NCBI GenBank assembly: GCA_049658145.1
Contig: JBASOJ010000051.1
Location: 13,449 to 45,448 of the forward strand
Direction of reading: 5' to 3'
DNA: 32,000 bases
Source of the DNA: Coriobacteriia bacterium
Lineage (GTDB): Bacteria > Actinomycetota > Coriobacteriia > Anaerosomatales > Anaerosomataceae
Shown: one piece after another, positions 1-7,401 of the stretch
How the letters are laid out: every line of letters begins with the position of its first letter
Numbering within the stretch: position 1 is the stretch's first letter
Position numbers and translations under genes: made by a program
The notes under the pieces: generated by a model
Databases searched by the model: none
Told to the model about the DNA's origin: nothing
What the model saw: the letters and a program-made list of their open reading frames with translations, nothing else

Positions 1-1
1 A

Positions 2-283
2 GGCCCGGACGCGTTCGATTGCAGCGGGTTCACGATGTGGTGCTACCGGCAGATCGGCGTCAGTCTGCCGCATAGTTCCGCAGCGCAGATCAACGTGGGG
101 CAGCGCGTCTCGCGCGCCAACCTGATGCCAGGTGACCTCGTGTTCTTCGGCAGGAGTCGCATCCACCACGTCGGAATCTACGTCGGAGGAGGCAACTTCA
201 TCCACTCGCCCAACACGGGGGACGTCGTGAAGGTCTCCAGTCTGGACGCGCGGAGTGACTACGTGGGAGCCTGCAGGCCCTGA
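2..283 (+). CDS. NlpC/P60 family cell-wall peptidase, C-terminal part (5' end outside window)
   Basis: The frame is open from base 2 and reads GPDAFDCSGFTMWCY..., containing the DCSGF catalytic-Cys motif. Downstream HHVGIYVGGGNFIHSP is the typical His region of NlpC/P60. Stop at 281-283. Confidence 0.85.
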   Translation, partial: GPDAFDCSGFTMWCYRQIGVSLPHSSAAQINVGQRVSRANLMPGDLVFFGRSRIHHVGIYVGGGNFIHSPNTGDVVKVSSLDARSDYVGACRP

Positions 284-320
284 CGAAGTCACGGCAAGTT
301 CACTATCGGATGGGGGACCG

Positions 321-1562
321 ATGGCGGGGGGCGGACTGCTTGAACCGTTGCGCTCGAGGGATTTCCGCTGCCTGTGGTTCGGACAACTCGTCTCCGTCGT
401 CGGCGACAAGGTCGATCAGATAGCACTCGGCCTGCTTGTCTACCAGAAGACCGGCTCTGGTCTGCAGATGGGCATCACGCTGGCGATCTCGATGCTCCCT
501 TCTGCCGTGTTCGGCATGGTCGCCGGAACCTATGTGGATCGCTTCGACAAGCGGCGCACGATGCTGACGGCGGATGTGCTGAGGGCGGTGTTGGTTCTCG
601 GCGTGCCGTTCGTGGCGGAGCGCTTCGAGAGCATCGTGCCTGTCTACGCCATCGCGTTGCTACTGGCGACCGTCGGGCTGTTCTTCGAGCCGGCGAAGCT
701 CTCCCTGATCCCGAAGCTCGTCGACCGCGAGCGTTTGATGGCGGCGAATTCGCTCGATAGCGCGACCGTCTCTGTCGCCGAGCTCGCGGGCCTTGCTTTT
801 GCGGCGGCCGCGGTCGCGAGCATGGGCGTCCGCCTGGCCTTCTTCTTCGACGCCGCCACCTTCGTGGTGTCTGCCGCCTTCATCTTCGCGATCGGCTACC
901 GGGAAGCGGTCAAGCGTGCCGAGGGCGGGATCATGACCGGAGTCGGTGCCGACCTGATCGAGGGCCTTCGCTACGTCTGGCGGCATGGGGTGCTCCGAGA
1001 TCTTCTCTCGGTGTACGCCGTAGCGATGTCTGCGGTGGCCGCATCCGTCACGTTCGTGTACGTCCTGGCGCTCGATACATTCGACGGCGGGGCGCCAGGT
1101 CTGGCGCTCATGGACGGTGCGATAACCGTGGGCCTCCTGCTCGGCAGCATCGCCGTCGGGCGCGGAGCTGCGAGCGGTGCCACACGCAAGTTGCTCTGGG
1201 GTCTCACTGCCTTTGCGGCATTGCAGTTCCTGCTTGCGGTGGCGCCGTCGATCGCCTGGTCGGTACCGGTGCTACTCGCGATGGGCGTTGCGAACATGTA
1301 CTTCTATGTGCCGATGTCCACGGTGCTGCAGACAGCCTCCATGCCTTCGATGCGGGGACGCGCGTTCGCCGCCAAGCAGACGCTCAGCCGGGCGTTCTCG
1401 GTTGCGGGATTCGTGGCCGCCGGTGCCGTCGCCGAGCACCTGGGCGTTCGCCAGTCCATCGTGCTGGTGAGCGCGGTCCTCGTGCTGGTGGCCGCTGTGG
1501 GATGGTCCCGGCCCGCCTTGCGCGCGGATCTGGCCGCTGACGTTGCCGAAGTCGTGGAGTAG
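321..1562 (+). CDS. MFS transporter
   Basis: About 12 hydrophobic segments. The N-terminus FRCLWFGQLVSVVGDKV and the motif DRFDKRR after TM2 are typical of MFS (EntS-like) proteins. Start moved to ATG 321, which follows GGGGGA; ORF-track start 255 is less likely. Confidence 0.85.
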   Translation: MAGGGLLEPLRSRDFRCLWFGQLVSVVGDKVDQIALGLLVYQKTGSGLQMGITLAISMLPSAVFGMVAGTYVDRFDKRRTMLTADVLRAVLVLGVPFVAERFESIVPVYAIALLLATVGLFFEPAKLSLIPKLVDRERLMAANSLDSATVSVAELAGLAFAAAAVASMGVRLAFFFDAATFVVSAAFIFAIGYREAVKRAEGGIMTGVGADLIEGLRYVWRHGVLRDLLSVYAVAMSAVAASVTFVYVLALDTFDGGAPGLALMDGAITVGLLLGSIAVGRGAASGATRKLLWGLTAFAALQFLLAVAPSIAWSVPVLLAMGVANMYFYVPMSTVLQTASMPSMRGRAFAAKQTLSRAFSVAGFVAAGAVAEHLGVRQSIVLVSAVLVLVAAVGWSRPALRADLAADVAEVVE

Positions 1563-1640
1563 ACTCGTCGTGCAGGCTAAAGCCCGACGCCCCTCGCGTC
1601 GAAGAACCTCCTGTGCCACCGAGACGAAGGCGAGCGCTTC

Positions 1641-2744
1641 ATGGCGGAGATCGACGGGCTACTGAAGATGATGACCGATAATGGCAGTTCCGACCTGCAC
1701 CTCAAGGTCGGAAGCCCTCCGGCCGTGCGCCTGAACGGCAAGCTGGCCGTTCTCCGGGAACTGCCGACGCTCACGCCCGAGGCCACGAGCAGGCTGGCGA
1801 CGTCCATGATGGACGATCGACAGAAGATCTCTTTCGAGAACCACCGGGAGCTCGACTTCGCCTACTCGCTACCCGGTGTCGGGCGGTTCAGGGTCAACGT
1901 CTTCCATCAGCGCGGCAGCGTCGGGATAACGCTGCGCCATGTGAGCACCGAGCGAGCGGGGATCGAGGGCCTGGGTCTCCCTCCGGTTGTCAGACGTCTC
2001 GCCGAGGAGCCGCGCGGCCTCGTGCTGGTCACGGGCACCGCCGGTTCGGGCAAGACCACCACGCTCGCCGCGATGATCGATCACATCAATCACACGCGCG
2101 AGGGCCACATCGTCACGATCGAGGACCCGATCGAGGTCTTGCACCAGGACGCGAAATGCATCATCAATCAGCGCGAGATAGGGATCGACACCGAGAGTTA
2201 CGCCGATGCACTGCGCCATGTCGTCCGCCAGGACCCCGACGTCGTGCTGATCGGTGAGATGCGCGACCATGAGACGGTATCCGCCGCACTCACCGCCGCG
2301 GAGATCGGCAACCTGGTACTCTCAACGCTCCACACGATCGATGCCACCGAGACCGTCAACCGCATCATCGACTTCTTCCCGCCATACCAGCAGAAGCAGA
2401 CGCGACTGATGCTCGCCTCCACGCTCAAGGGCATCATCTCGATGCGGCTCATCCCGTCGATCAACGGTGGACTCGTCCCCGCCGTCGAGGTCATGGTCAT
2501 GACCGGCACCATTCGCGAGTACATCATGGACTCGGAGAAGACCTATCTGATCCGGGATGCGATGGAGGAGGGCGAGTACTACGGCATGCAGACGTTCGAT
2601 CAGAGCCTGCTGAGCCTGTACTCGCAGAATCGCATCACGATGGACGACGCGGTAGCGATGGCGGGCAACGCGCACGACTTCAAGATCAAGGTGCGCACAC
2701 TGGGCATCACGGCCGAGCAGGCCACGCAGACCGGCATCTACTGA
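1641..2744 (+). CDS. pilT: type IV pilus twitching-motility ATPase PilT family
   Basis: 367 aa. N-terminus GSSDLHLKVGSPPAVRLNG, Walker A GTAGSGKTTT, Asp/His boxes, and IGEMRD...LSTLHT, characteristic of the PilT/PilU retraction ATPases. Confidence 0.9.
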   Translation: MAEIDGLLKMMTDNGSSDLHLKVGSPPAVRLNGKLAVLRELPTLTPEATSRLATSMMDDRQKISFENHRELDFAYSLPGVGRFRVNVFHQRGSVGITLRHVSTERAGIEGLGLPPVVRRLAEEPRGLVLVTGTAGSGKTTTLAAMIDHINHTREGHIVTIEDPIEVLHQDAKCIINQREIGIDTESYADALRHVVRQDPDVVLIGEMRDHETVSAALTAAEIGNLVLSTLHTIDATETVNRIIDFFPPYQQKQTRLMLASTLKGIISMRLIPSINGGLVPAVEVMVMTGTIREYIMDSEKTYLIRDAMEEGEYYGMQTFDQSLLSLYSQNRITMDDAVAMAGNAHDFKIKVRTLGITAEQATQTGIY

Positions 2745-3127
2745 CGTTTCGCCGCCACACGGCGTACGCCCTCCAGCACGAGTACGGCCGCAAGAGCACC
2801 GGCCGTATCGACGGCCCAGTCCGCGACATCGGGCACGCGCCCGGGGACGAACGACTGGTGGAACTCATCGGTGATCCCGTAGAAGGAGGCGATCGCCACC
2901 GCGGTCGCCAGGGTCGCCCAGGGGCGTACGGCCCTCGGCAGGGAGAGCAGCAGGATCGCTCCCAGTACCGCATACTCGATGAAGTGGGCGAGGGAGCCGT
3001 AGGTGCCGGGAACCGCAGAGCCGGGCAGCGATGACAGCCCGAAGATCACCGCCATCCAGGCGACCGCCACCAGGAGCGCTCCGGTGCGTATAGCTCGTTC
3101 CGGCCCCATGGCACCTCTCGTTCTCAT
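2738..3127 (-). CDS. VanZ family membrane protein
   Basis: 129 aa, 4 TM segments. HFIEYAVLG and ITDEFHQSFVPGRVPDVADW are VanZ-like signatures. Converges on pilT with a 7-nt overlap. Confidence 0.75.
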   Translation of the reverse strand: MRTRGAMGPERAIRTGALLVAVAWMAVIFGLSSLPGSAVPGTYGSLAHFIEYAVLGAILLLSLPRAVRPWATLATAVAIASFYGITDEFHQSFVPGRVPDVADWAVDTAGALAAVLVLEGVRRVAAKRQ

Positions 3128-3192
3128 CCGTCGACCCGTACCGTAAGCTCTGCCAACGTGATTCTACCGTCTCGTCATGTCCCGGAGGACCA

Positions 3193-4095
3193 GTGCGCCG
3201 AAGTACCGCTCTCATCGCCGTGGTCGTGTCGTCGGCATGCTTCGCCACGCTGGCGGTCCTCGCCCGGCTCGCGTACGCCGAGGGCGGGCGTCCGCTCCCC
3301 CTGCTGACGTGGCGGTTCGCCGTCGCTGCTGCGGTGATGGCGACGTTCCTTGCCCTGCGCCAGCGGTCGGCACTTGTCGCGGGCGTCCGGGATATCCCGC
3401 GATACGCCCTGTTGTCGCTCACGGGTTACGGAGCCGCGTCGATCTGCTTCTTCTTCGCACTACGGCACCTCAGCGCATCGGTCGGGACGCTCTTGCTCTA
3501 CGCGTACCCCGCGATCGTGGCAGTGATAGAGAGCGTACTCGATCACCAGCGGCTTCCGGTATCGCGTGTGGTGGCTGTCGCGCTCACTTTCGCCGGGTGC
3601 GCTCTCGCCGCCGGACTGCTGGACTCCGCCGTAGTCGTGAACGTGCCCGGTGTCCTGCTCGCGCTCGGCGCGGCATCCGCCTACGCGCTGTTCACGTTGT
3701 TGTCGAGTCGACTCATCGCAGACCGATCCAGACTCGTGCTGATGACGTACACGTTCGGCATCTCGGCGATCGGCATCGGCGTTGTGACACTCCTCGCCGG
3801 AGAGTCGCTCGTGCCGACCGGATGGACGCCACAGCTGTGGCTCATCCTCGGCCTGATGGTCCTGCTGCCCACGTATGCGGCCGTGGTCCTGTTCTTGAGT
3901 GGCATTCGGGCGCTGGGCCCGTCCCGTGCATCGCTCATCTCGACGATGGAACCTGTGTTCACCGTCGCTCTGGCCGGAGTCGTCCTGGGAGAGCGCATGA
4001 CCGCGACACAGTGGGCGGGCGCCCTGCTCGTGATCGCCGGGATCGCGCTCGCCGAGCGTCCGCGCGGTGTCGTTGAGGTGCCAGCCGCCGTCTAG
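3193..4095 (+). CDS. EamA/DMT family transporter
   Basis: 300 aa, about 10 TM segments arranged as two EamA-like halves. GTG start preceded by GGAGGA. Confidence 0.8.
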   Translation: MRRSTALIAVVVSSACFATLAVLARLAYAEGGRPLPLLTWRFAVAAAVMATFLALRQRSALVAGVRDIPRYALLSLTGYGAASICFFFALRHLSASVGTLLLYAYPAIVAVIESVLDHQRLPVSRVVAVALTFAGCALAAGLLDSAVVVNVPGVLLALGAASAYALFTLLSSRLIADRSRLVLMTYTFGISAIGIGVVTLLAGESLVPTGWTPQLWLILGLMVLLPTYAAVVLFLSGIRALGPSRASLISTMEPVFTVALAGVVLGERMTATQWAGALLVIAGIALAERPRGVVEVPAAV

Positions 4096-4754
4096 CCGGC
4101 TATCAGCACCACGAGCGCACGCGCGGCCCAACCGCCGATGGTGATCGCCGCCTGGCCGCCGAAGGCCCACGCGGTCGCGGTCCGGACATCGCGCTCGGGC
4201 ACGCCCGCCCCGGTGAGGCCCCGGTACGTGAGCACCGAGGACACTGCCAGCGCGACAAGCTGGAGTAGCCACGTCGCTGCGACCGCGTAGGGGAGCAGAG
4301 CGGCCAGATACGCGGTCGAGAGACGTGCCCGGCTGATCGCCCCCTTCGGCATCAGGACCGCGAGGATGATGAACCGCGCGCCCGCCCACAGCACCTGGCT
4401 GCCCACGCCGACGGCGACTGGCAACCAGAGGCTTGTGGAAGTCGCAGTGCTGATGCCGGTCGCGATGAGGCCGAAGATGAACGCACGCAGCCCCACGGCT
4501 GTCGCGACGCGTCGTGCGACATCGTCAGTCGTGTCCCAGGGAAGCGCAGAACTGGCGTGATAGGTTCGCAGTAGCGACCACTGGTGGACCCACGCGTTGG
4601 CGATGGCGCGCACCCCGGGGCCCACCCGCCGAACCAGCGAAACGGCTCCCGCAATCGTCCGGCGCCAGGCAGCGAAGAGCCCCGCGGGCAGCGACCCCAC
4701 GGCGGGGTCGTCCACACGGGACTCTGATGGTCCTTCTTCGGCGTTCGTGGGCAT
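4092..4754 (-). CDS. hypothetical integral membrane protein
   Basis: 220 aa. Hydrophilic N-terminus followed by 4-5 hydrophobic segments, with high GC3 in this frame. No family recognised. Confidence 0.55.
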   Translation of the reverse strand: MPTNAEEGPSESRVDDPAVGSLPAGLFAAWRRTIAGAVSLVRRVGPGVRAIANAWVHQWSLLRTYHASSALPWDTTDDVARRVATAVGLRAFIFGLIATGISTATSTSLWLPVAVGVGSQVLWAGARFIILAVLMPKGAISRARLSTAYLAALLPYAVAATWLLQLVALAVSSVLTYRGLTGAGVPERDVRTATAWAFGGQAAITIGGWAARALVVLIAG

Positions 4755-4842
4755 CGTCGGTCGGCGCCTTCGGGTCGTCGGCAGTCCGCTGCCAGTCTAC
4801 CCGACGCCGACCCGCATAGCGCGCTCGTGACGCCTCCGCGCC

Positions 4843-5175
4843 TTACGAAGCGCTCAGTCTGGCCTGCACCGCTCTCAGGATCGCGGGGTACGATACGGCT
4901 CCATCGTACATCGGCTCTCCGTCGACCACCGTCACGGGGTAGACGAGGCCCTGGTCCTGGATACGCTGGATCATCACACCGTGGCTGGCGAGGACCTCGG
5001 CGCGACTCGCATCGTGGTAGACGATGCTCGCGCTATCGCCGAAGCGATGCTCGACTTCACTGCGGATCATCGCGGTGATCTCCTCCGGAGACCAGGACGG
5101 CCCTCATCCACCGCTCCAGCAGGTCGTCTCGACGGGGTAGTCGAAGACTTCGATGGTCACCCTGGGTTCAGGCAT
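4843..5175 (-). CDS. thioredoxin-fold (YuzD/ArsD-like) small protein with one in-frame TGA at 5104-5106; candidate selenoprotein, C-x4-U motif
   Basis: ATG 5173-5175 is preceded by AGGAG. It reads MPEPRVTIEVFDYPVETTCWSGG-TGA-GPSWSPEEITAMIRSEVEHRF...LSAS-TAA. ORFs 5104..5343 and 4843..5070 share this frame and are separated only by that TGA. The TGA sits 5 codons after a Cys, where a thioredoxin-fold redox motif is expected. An 8-bp hairpin starts 10 nt downstream. Confidence 0.5.
5076..5094 (-). other. candidate bacterial SECIS-like hairpin downstream of the in-frame UGA
   Basis: The minus-strand RNA is UGA GGGCCGUCC UGGUCUCC-GGA-GGAGAUCA. That gives an 8-bp stem (one G-U pair) with a G-rich apical loop starting 17 nt after the UGA. 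Confidence 0.35.
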
Positions 5176-5186
5176 CCTTGTCGCTC

Positions 5187-5390
5187 CTATCCGACTCGAA
5201 CGGCGCCGCCGGGACAGCTGAGCGCGCACACCGCACAACCGGTACAGCGGTCGGGATCTATTGCGTAGCCCTTCGCGCCGGGATAGAAACCCCCGGCGAT
5301 CGGAACGATAGCCCCCCGCGGGCAGGCACGTCGTGCCGGACATGCCGGGGACCGGTCGCAGCTCGAGGCGTCGATGGTGACGGTTCGCAC
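5187..5390 (-). CDS. small 4Fe-4S ferredoxin-domain protein
   Basis: 67 codons. GTG 5388-5390 is preceded by GGAAGGAG. Canonical CTGCAVCALSCP (CxxCxxCxxxCP) plus an atypical first motif CDRSPACPARRACP (Cx5Cx5CP). This is the only real part of the 823-aa antisense ORF 5187..7658. Confidence 0.75.
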   Translation of the reverse strand: MRTVTIDASSCDRSPACPARRACPRGAIVPIAGGFYPGAKGYAIDPDRCTGCAVCALSCPGGAVRVG

Positions 5391-5426
5391 GTGATGACTC
5401 CTTCCGCGGGCACGAAGAACAGCAGG

Positions 5427-5456
5427 ACTATATACCCCAGAGGGTATAGAGCGCAA
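5427..5456 (-). promoter_or_regulatory. putative sigma-70 type promoter of the ferredoxin/thioredoxin-fold operon
   Basis: The minus strand reads TTGCGC (5451-5456), a 16-18 nt spacer, then TATATA/TATAGT (5427-5434), about 35 nt upstream of the GTG start. Confidence 0.45.
5431..5448. promoter_or_regulatory. perfect inverted repeat TATACCC-N4-GGGTATA (operator-like), inside the promoter spacer and overlapping the -10
   Basis: Read directly: tataccc caga gggtata, with 7-bp perfect arms. The AT-flank/GC-core architecture resembles CsoR/RcnR-family operators as I recall them. Confidence 0.5.
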
Positions 5457-5586
5457 GAGCGTCCGGATGTGATCTCGCCTTGAGCGGCACCCGCCGTCAT
5501 CGAGCCGCACATCGCGAAAGCCGCACCGGTACGCTACTCTGGGCAGGTGTATCGAATCGCGAATCCGCAAGGGCAGGGGGCTTGAG

Positions 5587-6747
5587 GTGGACAAGAAGCC
5601 GCGGGCACAGTCCGAACGCGACATCACATGGCGCATTGTCGCGTTCGGCGCCGGCATTGGCGCGGTCTTCCCGCTGGTGGCAAACCTGCTCGTCGTGCCG
5701 CGGAACACCCTCGCGCTCGTGTTGTTCTGGATCATGTCGATCGCCAGCGGCGTGGTGGTCGGCGCGGCGTGTGCCAGGCTTTTCCGGCGCGCGGTCGAGA
5801 AGACGCTGCGGAATGTGTTGGAGAACGCCACATCGACACTCGGCTTCGCCCCCTCTACCGTCGAGGGTGAGGACGCCCTCACGGTCGAGATCGGGCGTGT
5901 GTTCGGCACCGCTGCGAGTCTGCTCGGCCAGCTCCGTGCCGCCACCGAGAACATCCGTGCCGTCAGCGCCGAGGTGATGGCCGCCACCGAGCAGCAGGCC
6001 TCCGGAGCGGCGGAGCAGGCGGCTGCGGTGACGCAGACATCCGCGACGGTCGAGGAGCTCGCGCAGACCTCGAGCCAGATCGCCGACAACTCCGAGTCGG
6101 TGGTCCGCATCGCCGAGAAGACGCTCGCCACCGCCGAAGACGGCATGAGTGCTGTTGCCGCCACCGCCGTCGGCATCGAGGAGATCCGCGAGACGACGAT
6201 GCAGTCGTCCGACCGGATCCTGGCCCTTGGCGAGCGCAGCCAGGAGATAGGCCGCGTACTCTCGATCATCGATGAGATCGCCGAGCAGACGAAGATACTC
6301 GCACTCAACGCCGCCATCGAGGCGGCACGCGCCGGCGAGGCGGGGAAGGGCTTCTCGGTCGTGGCCGAGGAGATCCGCAAGCTCGCCGACTCGGTGACCG
6401 AGTCCACCAACGAGATCGGACGCGTGGTGCGTGAGATCCAGGCCTCGGCCTCGGCGCTCATCATGCAGACGGAGAAGGCCGCGAACAAGGTGGCCGAGGG
6501 CCAGCAGCTCGCGCTGAACACGCAGAGCTCGCTTGAGCGCATCGTGTCCCAGGTGGAGCAGACCACCGACGCCGCGAAGCAGATCTCGATCGCGACCCAG
6601 CAGCAGCGGACCGCTTCGGACCAGGTCGTCGTCTCGATGCGGGAGGTGGCGCAGGTCTCACAGCAGGCGGCCGATGCCTCGCGAAAGATCGCAGCCGCCA
6701 TCATCGAGCTCACCAGGCTCGCGGATTCGCTGGCGGTTGGCCGATGA
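5587..6747 (+). CDS. methyl-accepting chemotaxis protein (two N-terminal TM helices, no recognisable sensor domain)
   Basis: 386 aa. The highly conserved MCP hairpin-tip [38 protein letters not shown] is present, within Q/E/A/S-rich coiled-coil heptads. GTG start after AGGGGG. Confidence 0.9.
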   Translation: MDKKPRAQSERDITWRIVAFGAGIGAVFPLVANLLVVPRNTLALVLFWIMSIASGVVVGAACARLFRRAVEKTLRNVLENATSTLGFAPSTVEGEDALTVEIGRVFGTAASLLGQLRAATENIRAVSAEVMAATEQQASGAAEQAAAVTQTSATVEELAQTSSQIADNSESVVRIAEKTLATAEDGMSAVAATAVGIEEIRETTMQSSDRILALGERSQEIGRVLSIIDEIAEQTKILALNAAIEAARAGEAGKGFSVVAEEIRKLADSVTESTNEIGRVVREIQASASALIMQTEKAANKVAEGQQLALNTQSSLERIVSQVEQTTDAAKQISIATQQQRTASDQVVVSMREVAQVSQQAADASRKIAAAIIELTRLADSLAVGR

Positions 6748-7205
6748 CCGGCTCGGTCGCGGAGCGACTCCTCTCTGGCGGGCTCGAACTCCCGGTGCCT
6801 GCCGCGGCGCTCGGGGCCTACGTGCCCGCGGTGCGCGCGGGAAACCTGGTCTTCACATCCGGCCAGCTCCCGATGCTCGCGGGCGAGCTGATCGAGCGCG
6901 GGCGTGTAGACGACGATGTGAGCCCCGAATCCGCGGAGCGCTGCGCGCGGCAGTGCGCGCTCAACGCTCTCGCCGCCGCTTCGACCGTGTGCGATCTCGA
7001 TGAAGTCGTGCGGGTCGTCAAGCTCGTCGGGTACGTGGCCTCGGCACCGGGTTTCGCGGGACAGCCGGGCGTGATCGACGGCGCCAGCGGTGTTCTCGCG
7101 ACGGCGTTCGGCGAAGCGGGGCGACACGCGCGGGAGGCCGTCGGGGTCGCGGCTTTGCCGCTGGGCGCGCCCGTCGAGGTGTCGCTCATCCTGGAGTTGC
7201 GCTGA
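6744..7205 (+). CDS. RidA/YjgF family protein
   Basis: 153 aa. [14 protein letters not shown] and the C-terminal [14 protein letters not shown] are typical of YjgF/RidA. Its ATG overlaps the MCP stop (ATGA, 6744-6747). Confidence 0.8.
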   Translation: MTGSVAERLLSGGLELPVPAAALGAYVPAVRAGNLVFTSGQLPMLAGELIERGRVDDDVSPESAERCARQCALNALAAASTVCDLDEVVRVVKLVGYVASAPGFAGQPGVIDGASGVLATAFGEAGRHAREAVGVAALPLGAPVEVSLILELR

Positions 7206-7287
7206 GCCGATCTTCGGGGCAGGAATGGGCGCGTCTCTGCCGAATAGCGCGTGAAGAAGGACTCCGGTGTCCATGCCGGTGTTCGTA

Positions 7288-7316
7288 TTGTCCGGCACCA
7301 AGGGTTCGGCTATCGT
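7288..7316 (+). promoter_or_regulatory. possible promoter upstream of the multihaem cytochrome gene
   Basis: TTGTCC (7288-7293), 17 nt spacer, TATCGT (7311-7316). Weak match to consensus. Confidence 0.25.
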
Positions 7317-7401
7317 TTGTCGGAGGACGGCCGAGTGGGCTGTCTCTGTGTGCTGGGCATTTGGGGCTTTCCCTGGGACGGCGAGCGAGGAGAGGGTGCG
7401 C

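Noticed and set aside
3177-4076. 299-aa Arg-rich plus-strand ORF
   Set aside because: It is an alternative frame of the EamA transporter gene, with an extreme Arg/Pro/Gly composition and no hydrophobic pattern.
4758-4815. Extended imperfect hairpin (GGTCGGCG...CGCCGACC with nested GGCAG/CTGCC) between the thioredoxin-fold gene and the downstream membrane-protein gene, considered as a riboswitch or sRNA
   Set aside because: It is most simply a terminator/attenuator-like structure in an 88-nt intergenic spacer. It has no recognisable riboswitch core, and I have no conservation data.
5104-5343. 79-aa ORF start at 5343 (MSGTTCLPAGG...) as the N-terminus of the thioredoxin-fold protein
   Set aside because: Its upstream two-thirds overlaps the ferredoxin gene in another frame and is Arg-rich nonsense. 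The internal ATG at 5175, with an AGGAG SD 11 nt after the ferredoxin stop, is the sensible start.
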